Source of the DNA: Octopus sinensis
Taxonomy: Eukaryota
Direction of reading: 5' to 3'
Length of the DNA stretch: 64,000 nucleotides
Assembly: GCF_006345805.1 (NCBI RefSeq)
Contig: NC_042998.1
Location: 129,022,001-129,086,000 of the forward strand
Below the pieces are notes generated by a model. That model was not told the DNA's origin. It saw only the letters and a program-made list of their open reading frames with translations, and searched no databases. How positions within the stretch are numbered: position 1 is the stretch's first letter; each line of letters opens with the position of its first letter. The position numbers and the translations under genes are program-made. Positions 52,798-64,000 of the stretch are shown here, piece by piece.

Positions 52798-53260
52798 ACG
52801 CACACGCACACACACACACACAATGAAACCATATGATTTGCAGCTGAATCTGTTCTTAAAGGTTGGCTTCAAAAGTTGCTTTCCTTCGCGTTCGTTACAC
52901 TACATTTATCATGTTAGTTTTGACTTTAGGAGTCCCATCTAGTGTGAGCCATTTATGTGTATTAATGCTCTTAATATAAATAAATATATTTAAAGGGAAT
53001 AACTATAATGTTTCCCTTTTTGAGGTTTTTCACGCTGACTACTTGATAAATTCTTTTAAAGATTTTAACCTCTTCTTAAATTATATATATATATAATACA
53101 TACATAGTACGTACATACATAAATATATACATACATACAAACACACACATATAAATATAAAAAATGGACAAAAACGCAATAGAAGGCAATAAAACATTTG
53201 GCCAGATATACGATACAAAGGTGGACAGGAGAAACAGCAGTTAGGACAGGCAAAAAAATA

Positions 53261-53355
53261 CGGGTCATTCGTCGCCTTCTTTCCTCAGTCAAGTACCAGA
53301 AGTCATAACTGTTTCGGGCAGTTACACTTGAGACAATTCGATCTGGTTGCTCCCA
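53261..53355 (-). ncRNA. Putative hammerhead with non-canonical strand order (homolog of 11628-11720)
   Basis: Minus strand: AATTG-TC-TCAAGTG...TGCCC-GAAA-CAGTT...TACTTGA-CTGAGGA. Confidence 0.65.
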
Positions 53356-54127
53356 ATATCTTATATACCACCGGTCATTGCTTGTGTTGATGTTCTTATA
53401 ATTTTAAGCGATATAAACAAGGATCAACAATTTTAAAACGAGAAGGGGTAAGTGAAATATAAACAAACAACAACCAGTGAATGTGTGAATATGTTTGTTG
53501 GCTTCTTTTCAGATCGAAAGTCTTGCAAAAACGAATTAAAATCGAAAAATACTTATATCTCTATGGCTAACCCTATTGAGATATCTCGCAATTCCTTTTG
53601 TGTCTCGGTTCCGATTCACCCATTACAGCGTTCTGAAATTAAGTTTTACGTTATATGTCTTCGATGCAGAGATCGATCTTTATATATTGAAACTGAAAAT
53701 CAGCCGCTTCGTCTTACCAATATAGAAAGCCTGAAACGATATTAAACCATTTTTTTTCAACTTCTAAGTAAAGACAAAGAATAAAGCGAAAAGAAAAAAG
53801 GAAATATAACGACATGAATCTGCTACGTTGTCAAAATCTACAATTATCTTAACAATATTTCCAACACTCTTCATTGGGAGTTAAAAGTTTTTATACTTAC
53901 AGATTTGTATAGCAATAATTTTAATAAGTTAAATTCATTCGCCCTGAATGAGCAAAATTAATTAATCATGCGAATGTGTGGGAAATTTACGCAGAAGGTT
54001 TAGTCTATAATATCAACCCTAGTACTTGATTGGTACTTTACTTTATGGAACTCTGTATGACCTTGGCGTGATTTTAACTGAGAATATAAAGGGCAGAAAC
54101 AAACTATCTTAAAACTTTGTCTGTAAT

Positions 54128-54337
54128 AATCCTTTCTAGTAAAGGCACAAGGCTTGAATTTTTCGGGGAAGGGGATAGTCAAATAGACAGGCCCCAATGC
54201 GTAACTGGTGCTTATTTCACCGACCCCGAAAGGATGAAAGGCAAAGTCAACCTCGGCGGAATTTGAACTCAGAACGTAAGGACGGGCGAAATACTAGTAA
54301 GCATTTTCTCCGGCGCACTAACGATTCTGCCAGCTCA
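54128..54337 (-). mobile_element. SINE family A (further partial or diverged copies at ~54380-54580 and ~54600-54750)
   Basis: aatcctttctagtaaaggcacaagg...cgattctgccagctc. Confidence 0.85.
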
Positions 54338-55436
54338 TTTACTATAGTCTGTCTAGTAATATTGCTAACACTGACAGTATGCCATAAATTTTAAGAGAGA
54401 CGGGAGAGTTAAAGTCAATTATATTGACTGAGGTTCGTGATCGACACTTTACTTTAAACGACTCCCTCTGGCGGAAGGACAAAAGATTGGAATCATTTGG
54501 GTGGAATTTAAACTAAAGAGACATAACTGAACATCGCAAAGTATTTTCTCCAACATATACTGATACTACCAATCCACTGGCTTTTAATATACATAAATAA
54601 CATTGGTTTCAAATTTTGGCCCAAGGCCAGCCATTTCGTGATCTTGGGCAACCAGTGCACAACTGGAACTTATTCTATGGACCCCCGAAAGGATAAAGGA
54701 AAAAGTCGACCTCAGCGGAATTTGAACTCAGAACGTAAAGCTTGCCGTCTTGATATATATCATTAATATTATTACAAAAAAAGTTTAATATAAAGTAAGT
54801 TTATAAAATATAACAGTTTAAATTATTTCACTATCTATACAGACGAAATATGGCTAACGAGAAATTAATGAACCCTGGACATGATAGCGTACCACACGCC
54901 ATACATACACACGCCATTAAAATTACAAGAATGAGAGTGAAGTAAAATATCAAGAGAAAAGACGAAGCGAAAGAACATATTTACTTCATGCATTCATGTA
55001 CGAACACACTGAAATATATTTCATTTAAGCTGCCATTTCTGCAGCTAATCTTTCATGCTCATCTACTATATTATGAAACACTTAAGTATGGAATGAAATT
55101 GAAGACATAATACATTATGTACACAACATTCAAATATATTGTTTAGAAGACAATTGACTGATAAACTATGAAACGAAATCTAAGACATAATTTATTGTAG
55201 ATGCATTTATATTATTATATTATTCGTAACAGAAGAGACTGATAAATAAATATTTTAAATTAGATCTGATAACCCCCTGCTCATTGGAACAACGAATATA
55301 TTTCGTTCACTGAGACTGTGGATTCAAGTTCAGCTATATTCTTTTTCTCTGATGTATAAGTAAGGATGTAATACACTACACAAAGATTTGTTTGAGTTTT
55401 ACCAGTGTGGTCGTAACGTAGCAAAATAATATTTTC

Positions 55437-55749
55437 GGATATATGGCATAATGGTTAAGAGCACGGGCTGCTAACCCCAAGATTCAGTGTTCGATTCCAA
55501 GCAGTGACCTGAGTAATAATAATAATAATATAATAATAATAATAATTGTCTCACTTTGATGGCATGAACTGCTCTCTCACTCAATAATAATAATAATAAC
55601 ATCGAAAAATACCTTAGGAATGAGAACCCAAGTTCGAAATTTCCCCAAGACACTTGATGAAGGCTGGAGGATATATCAGCCGAAACGTTGTGTTAACAAC
55701 AAACAAAATGAGGACAAATATCCGTCAAATGTAAATAATATAAATAATG
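55437..55749 (+). mobile_element. Solo Penelope pLTR-like unit: tRNA-like head, (TAA)n, hammerhead
   Basis: Homologous to the reverse complement of ~57720-57926. Confidence 0.8.
55649..55694 (+). ncRNA. Minimal type I hammerhead (C3U in this copy)
   Basis: GACAC-TTGATGA-a-GGCTG-gaggatatat-CAGCC-GAAA-CG-TT-GTGTT. Confidence 0.75.
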
Positions 55750-56432
55750 AAAATGTACTCTATTTCATTCCATATTAAAGACTTTGAGACGGAAATATGA
55801 GAGGAACAGATAATAACTTTGAATGTAGAAAAGGTGGGCAGTGTATAAAAAGGAGTGTAATTTTCAAAGATGTTTCCTCTAAAAACTGCTGCTCTACACA
55901 ATTTCAAAATGACTTTACACAATCCTAAAAATCAAACACTTCAGAAATAATTCAATTTGAAAAGAAATTATTAATTTCAGGATTCTGTATTCGAAACTTC
56001 CAAAAATTTTTAACTTTTCAAAATAAGCAAGGAATTTCTACGGCCGCTGATAGTCCTTATTACTCGTTGAATGCACGAACGCAAAGGCGTCGGACTGCAT
56101 AATAACTAATACTAACTTTCTGATTAACATGACAGAGGCTAATAGAATAAGCACTAACGTTATATTGTGGAGAATTTAGTCTTCGTCTAGTATATATGGT
56201 ACTGTGCGAGTGTAAGAAAAAATAATGATGAAGGCATGCATAATACATTTTTGGTGCATTGAAATATTATGTTCGTTTATTCAAATCGTGTAAATTCTGC
56301 ACGCCAGACTACAGGTGAGCTCTATTTCTCAGGCAAAATTTGTGTTTATTGACTGTGTTCTAGTTACACTTTGATGGAACCCAAAAGTACATTATGGCAG
56401 GATTTCAAGAAGAAATAAAAGATCAATACAAA

Positions 56433-56478
<46 letters not shown>

Positions 56479-56535
56479 CAAATATATATACATATATATG
56501 TGTAGATATATATATATATCTATACATCTATGTAC

Positions 56536-56571
<36 letters not shown>

Positions 56572-57776
56572 TTATAGTTCAACAGTTTCCTGCCTCAGCA
56601 CTTCTAGCAGTGGTTGTAGTAGTGGTTGTATATCGATAGTTATCTAAAGACTGTTCAGCTATCATCATAACAAAACCTGCTACCACCCATATAACGTTTG
56701 ATCCATTTCCAGCGGTAAGTAGTATCAATAAACAAAAGCCTATATCATCAGAAGAATCCTCAAAACCTACTTAGGACCAGTTATGCCACATTAGAGGTAA
56801 ACTAAATCGTTACATTTATTACAATTCTATAAATTTTTTTCAATGAAATAAAATTTCCTTTGAAATACTGTTCTGTTAGAAGAATTGTGACACATTTTCG
56901 GAGACACTTATACAAGGAGATCAATATAATCGTTTGAATTTCAATTTCCTTTTGCATAGATGTTTCCGAAAACATCCGTTGGTCGCTTTTATCTTTCAAA
57001 ACTGCTTCGGGAATAGTTTCGACTCATTTTAGGGCTGAGAATCGATTGCATGCATGATTGTTCTTGTGCAAGAAGGTCTTGCGTATATATGCAAGTGTGA
57101 ATATCCATGTTATCTTCGAATGGTTTATATAATGAGATATAAGACACGTGCACGCATGCAAGGAAGTACATCTATATAATGCATACATACACACATACAT
57201 ACATATATATGTACATACATACATACTTACATACATATATGCTTACATACATATATACATATATGCAAACAAAAATATGCATCCACGCATACATTATATA
57301 TATATATATCACATACATGCGTATATGTATGTATATATAAGTATGTATATACATATATTTATATATATATACATACATTCAGATATATATGTATATATAT
57401 ATATATGTTTATGTGTGAGTTTGTGTATGTATAGTATTTATTTTTGGGTTTATTTTATAATTTTATATACATTTTGTTTGAATTGCACTGATAATACTAG
57501 ACGTAGTAAAGTAGTTGTAATGGTATAAACTGATTCCTTTATTTGTTTTGTTTAGGATTGCCTTACTAACAACTGTGTCTAGGTTATTTTATGCAAAATT
57601 TATGGGTATACTTTGGGTCGACTTTTTCTGAGTTATTTCTGTTTCCTTCGATTTTCAAGTTTTTACAATAAATTGCTTTCCTGTATTGATAGTTCTATAT
57701 TAAGAGATGAGGAATTATGTACATCATTTACATTATTTACAATTGACGGATATTTATCATCATATTGTTTGTTGTT

Positions 57777-57822
57777 AACACAACGTTTTGGCTGATACAC
57801 CCTCTAGCCTTCATCAGGTGTC
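57777..57822 (-). ncRNA. Minimal type I hammerhead in the Penelope pLTR (G12A, probably inactive)
   Basis: Minus strand GACAC-CTGATGA-a-GGCTagagggtgtatcAGCC-AAAA-CG-TT-GTGTT. Confidence 0.75.
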
Positions 57823-57955
57823 TTGGGGAAATTTCGAACCTGGGTTCTCATTTTCGATGTTGTTGTTATTGAACTTGGAATCTTGTGGTTAGTAGCCCGC
57901 GCTCTTAACCACTACGCCATATGCCCGTGGGCAATTATGGAGTAAATTTTATGGC

Positions 57956-58709
57956 TTATAAATCTAATATTCTCCTATCCTTCCTTAACACCAGTTCCCA
58001 TATGCTGCTCATATCTGCACTCGGTCGGCTTAGGGGGTTGTTGTGTCCTAGCATATGTGCTGCTTCTTTTAGCTTTCGTATTTTCCAGTGGTGTTCTCTG
58101 TCTATTATTTTAACTTCATCCCACTGGGAGAGGTGGTCTCCATTTTTCCATACATATTCAGCTAAACCCGATTTATCAATATCTCCCCGTGTCACAGCTT
58201 TGCGATGTTACTCTATCCTTATTTTGAGGGGGCGGTATGTTTCGCCTTTGTATTCATAATTGGAGTGGAGTGTATGCTTTTGGGGTAGTTGTTGCTTAAT
58301 AGATTTTTACTGAGCTTGATCATTTCTTCGTAGTGGGTATCACGATCACTACTTATGTTCACTTCTCGATGTTTTAGGCACTGAGAAATCCCTCTCTTTA
58401 CACTGTATGGATGGTGGGAGCTGAAGTTGAGGTATCGTCCAGTGAAGGTCGGCTTGCGGTATACGGATGTCCTGAATCCATACTTGGTGCGTGTTATTAA
58501 TATGTCCAGGAATGCTAGCTGATTGTCTTTTTCTTTTTCCATTGTGAACTGTATGGATGGCTTTATTGAGTTTACATGATCTAGCAGCACTTGGGTGGGG
58601 CCAGAGTATGAAGGTGTCATCAACATATCGCAGCCATAGGGTTGGTTTTAGTGGTGTTGATCCTAAAGCCAAATGCTCAAAGTAGTCCATGTATATGTTG
58701 GCTATTGTC
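57956..58709 (-). pseudogene. Penelope-like reverse transcriptase / GIY-YIG endonuclease, frameshifted and internally deleted
   Basis: ORF-track pieces 58349-58690, 58219-58626 and 57956-58195. Confidence 0.88.
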
Positions 58710-58879
58710 GATATATATCAGTGTCCATACCGAAGTAGGTATTTTGTTTTATCATGATGTTGTGCATTGGTTTGACGTGTCTCGTTTATTATATGGTTTT
58801 AAATACATTTAAAAAAAAATAAAAGAGAGGTAGATCGCGACTAGAACATCTTTGACAATACAATATCTCTTACTAATAA

Positions 58880-59082
58880 GGCGGTGACCTGGCAGAACGG
58901 TTAGCATGCTGGCCGAAATGCTTAGCGGTATTTTACGCTCTGAGTTCAAATTCCGCCGAGTTGACTTTGCCTTTTATCCTTTCGGGGTCGATAAATTAAG
59001 TACCAGTTGCGTACTGGGGTCGATCTAATCGACTGGCCCCACCTCCTCCAAAATTTCTGGCCTTGTTCCTAGAGTAGAAGAA
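58880..59082 (+). mobile_element. SINE family A
   Basis: ggcggtgacctggcagaacggttagc...ccttttatcctttcggggtcgataaattaagtaccag. Confidence 0.9.
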
Positions 59083-61085
59083 ATTTTCTAACAGAAATAT
59101 TAGAACGTAAGACATAATACTGTATTTTTTCGGTTATTCCGCCCTTCATCATTTCATGGTCAATAATATAAAGGGCCATTTTATGGGAGTGGATTAATGG
59201 TTCTTAACGTATTGGACCTGATGCCTTGTAGTGTTTGTTATGGCTGTTTGAGTTCTGAATTCTTGGAGTTTAGTTATTTTGGGAGGTGCAAGATCACCTC
59301 CTGATCTTTGGGTGCTTTTAGTAGGCTTCACCCAGTTGCCGGTATTCAGGATAAGGTTTGGTCTTAGGTTTGGGGATAAATTCCTCTCATCTTACTACCT
59401 GCCTAGAAGGCCCCGAAAAAATATAAGGTCATGAGCGCAGCCCATATCCCTCCTTAGTAAAATGATAAAAAAAAATACTTTGATAGATTCAACTAAATTC
59501 TTTTGAAATTTTATACTTCTGAAGACGCATATGGTCAAGAGAGTTCAATAATCTGTCTACAGTTTTCAGATTCATGGATTCATCTGCTTCTTTTCAATCA
59601 ACAATGATTAAAAAACTGATATTATGTATTAGTTTTCAGAATTAATTGCCAATGACTTGGAAAAAGCTGATTAAAATATTAATAATGTTTTTAGGAAAGC
59701 TTATTTCTATCACAACATTGCGAGTACGTGTTATTATTTTCGTGGGCAGTGGGGCACAAATCAACATCGTTTCTACCAGAGGCAGCCTGGAAGTATGTAG
59801 TATGTATACCGTGTGAAGTTTCTCCTTCAAAGTTTCACAGTCATAATAAATTAGACCAAGTTAATCCCCGTAGAAAACAAAAATAAAAAAAGGTTAAAGA
59901 GCAAACATTGCAGAAGTATCTTGTACAATAAACTCACACATTTTAAGAAGCTCTGCTTTACAACAACGTTATAAAATGATGTCCAATGGCTACCCTTCGG
60001 TTGTGTAGACAAAAGTTTTTAAAGAAAACAGCTTTATGATAATGTTGACCCAAGGTTACTGTTGATGTTATGGCAGTATTGTAGTTGACTTTATTTATAT
60101 CAATGCTATATTGCTATTATAGAAGTAAAACATAACTATTAGTGGATGACTCTTCAGCTGAAACCCGCCAAAGGGCTTCATTGTATCTTTGAACAAAACG
60201 CTTAATTCTACAGGCTCCAGCTCATCCAACTATTGGGAAAGGTATCAGAATTGCTAGGAATATTAGCCTGCAAGAGAATGGTTTCCTATTAAGGTGAAAT
60301 TATGTGGTAGCGATGAATGGTAGCGGTGGTGGTAATGGTGGTGGGTGGTATATTTTAGCCGATGAATCGAAGCTAAGCACTGGCCTTCAAGACACTCTTT
60401 TGTTGTTGGAGGCAGTAACATTGCAATATATTGTTGATGTTAATACTGCTGTTGATATCGTCGATCTACCGTTGTTGCTGCGAGCGTTTTTATTGAAATT
60501 AATATTGCTGTTGTTGATTGTTGTCCTGTGACTGTTGATGATATTTCCTTACCATGGCTTCTGCTGCTGCTCCTGCTGCTGCTGCCGCTGCTGCCGCTGC
60601 TGCCGCTGCTGCAGTTCTTGAACTGATGTTCTATTTATTGCACTTGTCATTGTTGTTGCTGCTTTTATAGCTGTTTTCGTATTTACATGTTTATTACTGT
60701 TTGGGCGGTTGTAAATGTTGTTGTTGTTGTTGTTGCTGTTGCTGCTGTTATTGATATTGCAATAAACGATGCGACTGTTGTTGTTATTGTTTTTGTGGCT
60801 GCCATTGATTATGCTGTGGTTAATGTTTGTTGTTTTTACTATTTATATTTATTACATTTTTTTTTATAAAAGTGTTAATGCTGCTGCTGATACAATTTCA
60901 AGCGTTGTTAACATTGGTGCTGTTGTTGCTTTTGGTGGTGCTGCTGTTGATGAGGATGATGTTGATGGCGGCGGTGGTAGTATTTTTGTTCTTTTTTGTT
61001 TTTATCCTTGTTGCTGTTGTAGCTGTTTTTGTTTTCCCTATCATTTCTGTAGTGGTTGAACAAGAATAAAGATGAAAATCGATTT

Positions 61086-61105
61086 TCTTTCTTTCTTTCT
61101 TTATT

Positions 61106-61150
<45 letters not shown>

Positions 61151-61220
61151 TTTCTTTCTTTTTTTCTTTCTTTCTTTCTTTCTTTTGTTCTTTCTTTCTT
61201 TCTTTCTTTCTTTCTTTTTC
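61086..61220. repeat. (CTTT)n microsatellite
   Basis: Direct reading. Confidence 0.92.
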
Positions 61221-64000
61221 TGTCTGTCTATATGTCTGTCATTCAAGGTAACAAAAATAAGAAAAAAATACAAAATGTAAAAAAAACGGTAGTTATACTA
61301 ACAATATCCACACCACCAGCAGCACCAGCAGCACCACCAGCACCACCATTACCATCAACAGTAGGACCAGCAGCAGCACCACCACCATCACGAGCAAGAG
61401 CGAACAATGGTGCCCTACGTGGTCGTTTTACAGGCTAGAAGTAACAGCCAAACCATCTTCAAAATTTTAACCTATTGTCCTAAAAAGGACAAAGAAACAA
61501 TGGCCAATGTCATCCTAGATAAGCTATGTCTGCAAAGAAACAGAATAGTCATGACGGGAAGGCCTCTGATCTTTGATCATAAATCTGCTTTCTCAGAGCT
61601 GGCCTCTAGATAAACAACAAAGCAACAACAACAATCAGCACAAATAAAAAGGCATCACTACTACAAATACAGCATCTATCACATCACAACCACTTATAGT
61701 AATACCTCAATACCAATGCCAATATCATCACTACTGCCATTCAACAATTACTATGTACTACCAATACCGTCACTGCTAGCATTAGCCTACCATTATTGCA
61801 AACACCATAACCACAACCACAACGAAAGCCACAACCTAGAAACATCCAGCATCACCACCCATTACCATTACTGCCAACATTACAAACAACTGTACCGTTA
61901 TCTGCACTATCACCTTCACCACTTCAAACACTACCCAAACTAGAAAGACAACACTGAAACTACGACAACAACGACAATAGTTAGCAGGAATATAAGCATC
62001 AAATGCAAAACGAAACACCAAAACCCCCTCTCTTTACCTAAGCTGCTTATATCCTTTGATGTTTACCGAAATGTAAACGGAAGTCATTAAATTCAAGCAC
62101 AGACAACTAAGTATTGGTAAAAGAGGATTGCGTGAAACATACGATTGAGGATATGTTAGTTGTAGGTGTCGTTGGAGTTGGTGTTGGTGTTGATGTTGTT
62201 GGTGTTGTTGTTGTTGCTGTTGATGGCGAAGTTGATAATTGGGCGGTGTTGGCAATACTAATGATGGCGGTTTGTGGCGATGGTAGAGTTGTTTTGTTGA
62301 CAACGGAGAACTGTGGTGGTAGTGGCGGTGCTGTTGAGTGTTTGTAAATGTTATTGTCGTTGTTTAACCACAGGACAAACCCAATCGAGCAAATATACGA
62401 TTGAATGCATTGAAATTGTGATCATTTCGGGTTTTGTTTTTCAGGTATATAAGAAAGTAAGTGTGATGTGAAGGAGATTTAGTTATTATAGTTCGTAGAT
62501 CGAGTGACTACGTAGAGGCTCGCTCATTGGCTCAGGCTGTTGTAGCAATAAGTGTTGTAATGGTGAGATTATCAGTGTTAGTAAGTGTGTTGTGCATGTA
62601 ATAGTAGCGATGATGATGATGGTATTTTTGTTTAACTCCAGGTCCACCTCACCTGAGCAGATTTATGTTCAAAGATATTCTATCCAGACCTGTTCTGGCT
62701 TTTCTTTTAAAGCATAGTGTAGCTGGTAATACTTTATCACGTGTCTGCTTCATTTTTCAAGCAGTAAGGTGTTATGCGGGCGGAAATCTGGCTGTTATTT
62801 CCAACTGATGGACTTATCATATATAAGATACCTTTTGGATCGTAATGGTTATATTATAGTTTAAGGCCAGTTTAGATATTAACCATGAAAATCTATGGTG
62901 TTCCAACCATATCCATCTTGCTTCTTTTTCTTTTATACCTGTGTCTACAACGACTAACGTATTCTTTAAGACAACAATGCGTAATTCAAGGGAGAATTGG
63001 CTGCAGTTTCTACGATGCCGAGCAACCACATAGAGGCTTTCTGGTTTTGGTAGCATAATATAGTAATGATTATCAAAGTGGTAGATGCATTTGTAATGAC
63101 TGTTGTGGACGAGCAGAAGCTGCGATTGTAGTAGCGATGTTAGTGTTAGAAGTAGAAGTAATGCTATTGTTAGTGGTGAAAAGATGAGCCACAATGGCAG
63201 TGAAGCTTTGTCTTTGTCTTAACCTATTAATACATAATTTCCTAAAAACAGCTCAGTCAGAAACTTACACAATACGACGTATTTATTTCAATTTTAAATA
63301 CTGTTCACATATTATTAATTTTTCATGCTTTCAAACTATTGTATTACAATCCTTTTATGGCATGTTTTAAAAATTCATACGTTTTATTTTTCTTGATATT
63401 TAATTGTAATTAATTTTAGAATGAAAATTAGGCTTCATGCATTAATAGGTAATACTGATAGTTTTAGCAGTTTACTGGAAATGGAGACGACGATAGCATT
63501 AATGGTGCTAGTGTTTGCTGTGGTGGTTGTGATCAAATTTTATGCAAATATAGTTTTGAGAAATTATCTTGATGTTGTTTTAGTTGTTGCTGTTGTCTTA
63601 GCTGTTATTTACTATCAGGTAAAACCGATCGAGCATACATATAATCAAAATACTCGATTTGACAACTTTTTTTTAGGCCAAATACATCTAGAACCACATT
63701 ATCTAGGGCCTTCATTTTTTTGCAAGAAAGTAAACTATAATTTAAGGGAGATTTTGCTGTTATTTCTGGTAAGGCAAGCACCGACGACATAGAGACACTG
63801 AAGAAGTAGTTGATCTCTGAGTTAATTGAGGATCAAAGCAGATATCCCAATGGTTAGTGGTTCGTGCTTTGTTTTCTGCACTATGCAACTGTATCCATGG
63901 TCAATACATATCAATCCCAAGGGCACAGTTAACTTAACTAAAAGTAATGTAGTAATGTGAAGTCGAGTATTTTGTTGTATTGTTGCTGTTGTTTTGTGCC

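Larger units (their letters stand above)
57691..58709 (-). mobile_element. 5'-truncated Penelope-like retroelement (RT, GIY-YIG remnant, pLTR)
   Basis: IANIYM...WLRYVDDTF, IQFTMEKEKDNQLAFLDILI, VYRKPTFTGRYLNFSSHHP, KSGLAEYVWKNGDH...RKLKEA; hammerhead in the 3' repeat. Confidence 0.92.

Noticed and set aside
55437-55510. Functional tRNA-Ser gene
   Set aside because: Acceptor and T stems do not pair properly and there is no long variable arm; it is a tRNA-derived head.
60300-62350. Poly-Ala/Val/Pro/Gln ORFs
   Set aside because: Degenerate (GTT/GCT/CCA)n trinucleotide tracts with no splice or domain support.

Overview
AT-rich eukaryotic DNA saturated with microsatellites and transposons. The tRNA-derived SINE families and repeat landscape suggest an octopus or other coleoid cephalopod (inference). 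I found no host protein-coding exon I can support; most ORF-track entries are microsatellite read-through. Recognisable elements: two near-intact mariner (DD34D) copies in inverted orientation, two decayed mariners, a 5'-truncated Penelope-like retroelement (RT plus GIY-YIG), R4/Dong-type restriction-like-endonuclease LINE ends in (TAA)n, a LINE RT fragment, a Helitron helicase remnant, a hAT MITE and many SINEs. The unexplained layer is a set of short non-coding elements, mostly in or beside (TA)n tracts, that carry hammerhead ribozyme (HHR) motifs from roughly eight unrelated sequence families. Some are arranged as tandem or circularly permuted inverted copies, as retrozymes are. The most striking case is one family with two diverged copies (11628-11720 + and 53261-53355 -). 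All HHR catalytic parts are present with compensatory base changes, but the strand order matches none of the type I/II/III permutations. All structures were folded by eye and none has been tested.
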